Shown: piece after piece, positions 61,294-64,000 of the stretch
How positions within the stretch are numbered: position 1 is the first letter of the stretch
How the letters are laid out: each line of letters begins with the position of its first letter
Origin: Candidatus Rokuibacteriota bacterium
GTDB lineage: Bacteria; Methylomirabilota; Methylomirabilia; Rokubacteriales; CSP1-6
Direction: 5' to 3'
Assembly: GCA_003220615.1 (NCBI GenBank)
Contig: QHTB01000151.1
Span: forward strand, 67,974 to 131,973
Length of the DNA: 64,000 nt
The notes under the pieces: model-generated
Seen by the model: only the letters and a program-made list of their open reading frames with translations
Databases searched by the model: none
Told to the model about the DNA's origin: nothing
Program-made: the position numbers and the translations under genes

Positions 61294-62379
61294 CTAGTAT
61301 CCCTCGTCCATCAACGGGAACGCGCTGAAGACGCGCGGCGCCGCGACCGGCTCGGCCCGATGCAGATACGAGGTGTCGAGCTCGGCGAAGCGCCTGACGC
61401 CGAGCAGGCCGAGGCAGATCCGGATTTCGTCCTCGAGCAGCTCGAGCACGCGCACCAGGCCGTCGGCGCCGGCGGCGCCTAGCCCGCAGCAGGCGATCCG
61501 CCCCATGCCGACGCAGTCGGCGCCGAGCGCGATGGCTTTCACCACGTCGGTGCCCCGCACGAACGACCCGTCGACGATGACGAGCGCGCGCTTCCGCACG
61601 GCCGCCACGACTTCGGGAAGGACGTCGGCGCTTCCGCGGCCGTGGTCGAGCTGGCGGCCGCCGTGATTGGACACGTAGACGCCTTCCACGCCGTGCTCGC
61701 ACGCGATCTCGGCGTCTTCAGCGGTCGCGATGCCCTTGAGCCACAGGGGGACGTCGTGAGCGTCCTTGAAGCGCTTCACCTGGTCCCACGAGAGCGCGGC
61801 CTGGAAGTCCATACCGGTGGCCCGGGCCCGCCACGGCTTGACGTAGCGCTTGGCCAGGTCGCGCTCGCGCCGGCTGTACATGGCGCTGTCAACCGTCAGA
61901 CAGAACGCCGCGTACCCGTTGTCGCGCGCGCGCTTGACGTGATCGTCGACGAACCCGTCATCGCCCCGCACGTAGAGCTGAAAGATGCGCAGACCGCCGG
62001 GCGCCGCCGCCGACGTCGCCTCGAGCCCGGGGTTGCAGACCGAGGAGAGCATCTGCGCCACGCCGAAGGCCGTCGCGCCGCGCGCCGCCGTGGCGGCGCC
62101 ACCCGGGGTGAACGTCTCGATCGAGCCGACGGGCGCCAGCATGATCGGAAGCCGCAGCGTGCGGCCGAGCAGCGTGGCCGTCGTGTCGACCTTGGAAACG
62201 TCGCGCAACACCCGGGGCCGGAACGCGATCGAGTCCAGCGCCTGGCGGTTCCGCCGCAGCGTCGTCTCGGTCTCGGCGCCACCGGCCAGGTAATCCCAGG
62301 CGCCCGGATCGAGCGTCTGGTGGGCCGCTCTGACGATCTCGTGCAGTGTTGAAAACCGCTCGCGCAGGTCCTCACCCAT
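61294..62379 (-). CDS. FMN-dependent alpha-hydroxy-acid dehydrogenase/oxidase (L-lactate dehydrogenase / glycolate oxidase family)
   Basis: 361 aa. ...AFRPRVL.DVS..DT...LLG..L..PI.LAP.G..., ...GVEGVYVSNHGGRQLD..., ...VDGSFVRGTDVVKA.ALGA.... Confidence 0.85.
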   Translation of the reverse strand: MGEDLRERFSTLHEIVRAAHQTLDPGAWDYLAGGAETETTLRRNRQALDSIAFRPRVLRDVSKVDTTATLLGRTLRLPIMLAPVGSIETFTPGGAATAARGATAFGVAQMLSSVCNPGLEATSAAAPGGLRIFQLYVRGDDGFVDDHVKRARDNGYAAFCLTVDSAMYSRRERDLAKRYVKPWRARATGMDFQAALSWDQVKRFKDAHDVPLWLKGIATAEDAEIACEHGVEGVYVSNHGGRQLDHGRGSADVLPEVVAAVRKRALVIVDGSFVRGTDVVKAIALGADCVGMGRIACCGLGAAGADGLVRVLELLEDEIRICLGLLGVRRFAELDTSYLHRAEPVAAPRVFSAFPLMDEGY

Positions 62380-62414
62380 GACGCGGTGTTATAGCACGAG
62401 TAGTGAAATGGGCG

Positions 62415-62903
62415 TTACACGCGCCAGACCCACCAGAGGAACAACCCGATCATCGCGACCGAGATCACGAAGTCGGCCGCGATGCCGGCCACCATGCCGA
62501 TGAGCGCACCGACGCCGGTGCGAAGACTGCGTTCCACGTCGCCGCCGCGGATCATCTCGCCGGCCACGGCGCCGATCACGGGCCCGATGAGGAGGCCGAG
62601 GGGGCCGAACAGGAGACCGGCGAGCGCGCCGACGATGGCGCCGCCGACGGCCCAGCGGCTGCCGCCCGACCGGCGCGCGCCGATCGGCCCCGCCGCGAAG
62701 TTCACGAGCAGCGTCGTCAAGGCCAGCGTTACGAGAATGACGAGCCGGCCAACGCCGATGACGGCGAACTGCGTGGCGACGGCCCACACGAGCACGCCGA
62801 TCAGGATGAAGAGCGGCCCCGGAATCCAGGGGATCAGCGCGCCGACGAGGCCGGCCAGGAACAGCGCGCCGACGACGATCCCGACGACGGTCTGGCCGTC
62901 CAT
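62415..62903 (-). CDS. DUF456 domain-containing membrane protein
   Basis: 162 aa, 4 TM. ...LIPWIPGPLFILIGVLVWA... and ...GLLFGPLGLLIGPVIGAVAGE... are typical of DUF456. Confidence 0.7.
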   Translation of the reverse strand: MDGQTVVGIVVGALFLAGLVGALIPWIPGPLFILIGVLVWAVATQFAVIGVGRLVILVTLALTTLLVNFAAGPIGARRSGGSRWAVGGAIVGALAGLLFGPLGLLIGPVIGAVAGEMIRGGDVERSLRTGVGALIGMVAGIAADFVISVAMIGLFLWWVWRV

Positions 62904-63557
62904 CTAATCCACGACGAACGGAATGGTCAGCGTCGCCACCGGAGCGCCCGTGCGGTCCGCGACGAGCGCCGCCGTGAAATCCGCTGACGTGAGGCCGCGG
63001 GGCACGCGCGGAAAGTAGACGAAACCGGTCACGTTCGTTCCCGGGGCGAGCACGCGCTCGGGCAGCGCGAGCTGGATCATGTCGTGCGTGGGCAGCTCGG
63101 TCCACGTTACCGCCGGGAAGGCGTCGAAGAAGGGATCGTAGGGAAACGGATCCGTCACGAGCACGCGCCCACCGCCGTCACGTCTCATCACGAAGACGCT
63201 GCGCGGATATGCGTACACGGGCAGCCCCGGGTCCGCCACCGCGCCGTGGACCTCACCGGGCGCCAGCGCCACGAAGCGCCGGCCGTCGCCGCTCACGAGA
63301 GCGAAGTCGGAGTGACGGATCCTGAGCGGCACGCCACCCTGGTTGTCGACGGTCACGAGGATCGGCGTCACGACGCCGTCGAGGGCCACCGGATGCGCCT
63401 GCCAGGTCCCCGTCTGAGCGACGACGCGAACGCCGGCCGCGGCGGCCGTCGCCGGACGGCCGGGCCCCGGCAGCACCTGGGCCGTCGGGGCCGGCCGCAG
63501 CTCGGCGGCGCATCCGGCGAGCGTCACGACCAGCACGAGCAGACTGGACACCTTCAT
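62904..63557 (-). CDS. hypothetical lipoprotein
   Basis: 217 aa. Lipobox LVVTLAGC. The remainder is beta-rich, with no family recognised. Its stop abuts the DUF456 start. Confidence 0.55.
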   Translation of the reverse strand: MKVSSLLVLVVTLAGCAAELRPAPTAQVLPGPGRPATAAAAGVRVVAQTGTWQAHPVALDGVVTPILVTVDNQGGVPLRIRHSDFALVSGDGRRFVALAPGEVHGAVADPGLPVYAYPRSVFVMRRDGGGRVLVTDPFPYDPFFDAFPAVTWTELPTHDMIQLALPERVLAPGTNVTGFVYFPRVPRGLTSADFTAALVADRTGAPVATLTIPFVVD

Positions 63558-63614
63558 GACCCCAGCTTACGCCCGGGGCTGCGAGGGGCGTCTTGGTGAT
63601 ACCTTTCTTTTGAT

Positions 63615-64000
63615 ATGAGCGCTGGAACGCCCGCCACGCTGTTCGAAAAGATCTGGTCGAGCCACGTCGTGACAGAAGGCCCCGGAGAGCACGCTCTCCT
63701 TTATATAGACCGTCATCTGCTCCACGAGGGCTCGACACACGCGTTCCACCGCATGGCCCGAAATGGGAGCCGGATGCGCCGCCCCGATCTCTCATTCGCC
63801 ACGGCGGATCACTACGTGCTGACCACGCCGGGTACGCCGACGGCGGACGCCGAAAGGGGCAGGATGGTCGAGTCCCTGACGCGTCACACGGGCGAGCAGG
63901 GCGTGACCTTCTTCGGCGTCGGCGACGATCGGCGCGGGATCGTCCACGTCATCGGTCCCGAGCAGGGCCTGACGTTGCCCGGCATCCTGCTCGTCTGCGG
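63615..64000 (+). CDS. leuC: 3-isopropylmalate dehydratase large subunit (aconitase family), 5' fragment running off the window
   Basis: Own translation from ATG 63615: MSAGTPATLFEKIWSSHVV...ALLYIDRHLLHEGSTHAF...ATADHYV...GIVHVIGPEQGLTLPGILLVC. It is collinear with the LeuC N-terminus. It is not in the ORF track because no stop lies in the window. Confidence 0.8.
   Translation, partial: MSAGTPATLFEKIWSSHVVTEGPGEHALLYIDRHLLHEGSTHAFHRMARNGSRMRRPDLSFATADHYVLTTPGTPTADAERGRMVESLTRHTGEQGVTFFGVGDDRRGIVHVIGPEQGLTLPGILLVC

Noticed and set aside
1-64000. Mobile elements, prophage, integrative islands, defence systems (RM, CBASS, TA, Cas, and so on), and rRNA/tRNA genes.
   Set aside because: No transposase, integrase, recombinase, phage structural, nuclease-ATPase or toxin-antitoxin-like translations were recognised in any frame. 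There are no tRNA-like cloverleaf strings in the few intergenic gaps and no large compositional break. Only short AT-richer patches occur, at promoters or terminators.

Overview
Very GC-rich (judged by eye, not computed) bacterial chromosomal segment, densely coding. It has long co-directional operons whose genes are mostly joined by ATGA, GTGA or TGATG start/stop overlaps. All calls come from reading the six-frame translations and recognising family motifs; no database search was run.

Content from left to right:
- mlaC-like gene.
- A GntR-controlled acyl-CoA/hydantoinase-type catabolic operon: hyuA, a disrupted hyuB, acyl-CoA dehydrogenase, ankyrin protein, SCP-x-type thiolase, 3-hydroxyacyl-CoA dehydrogenase, DUF35, phosphoesterase, and a split methylmalonyl-CoA-mutase-like B12 enzyme.
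- A cluster of thioredoxin-like protein, xanthine-dehydrogenase-family Mo subunit, CoA-transferase, opine-dehydrogenase-like protein and V4R protein.
- Two complete LivHMGF-type ABC importers, each with a substrate-binding protein.
- A paaK, ADP-forming acyl-CoA synthetase and acyl-CoA dehydrogenase group.
- A hybrid histidine kinase coupled to trpD.
- A Cys/Met PLP enzyme.
- A divergent ligD/ku NHEJ pair.
- A crotonase plus 2-oxoacid dehydrogenase (E1a, E1b, E2, E3) operon.
- A rhodanese, mercaptopyruvate-sulfurtransferase and cysteine-dioxygenase cluster.
- A minus-strand operon: FMN hydroxy-acid dehydrogenase, AMP-forming acyl-CoA synthetase, MFS transporter, sugar-phosphate isomerase and LLM oxidoreductase.
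- The 5' end of leuC.

I saw no rRNA, tRNA, CRISPR array, transposase or integrase, and no recognisable defence system. Overall this looks like ordinary core or catabolic DNA rather than an accessory island.

Observations most worth a second look:
1. A Cys-rich double-zinc-ribbon or cross-brace ORF translationally coupled to ligD.
2. A structured leader upstream of the crotonase/2-oxoacid dehydrogenase operon, with mutually exclusive helices, one of which buries the SD and AUG.
3. Two conserved enzymes (hyuB and the E2 acyltransferase) with out-of-frame internal deletions that remove conserved motifs.
4. Recurrent short tandem duplications sitting exactly on gene junctions.
5. Three genes whose only plausible initiation codon is CTG next to the upstream stop.
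6. A canonical intrinsic terminator oriented against both flanking genes.
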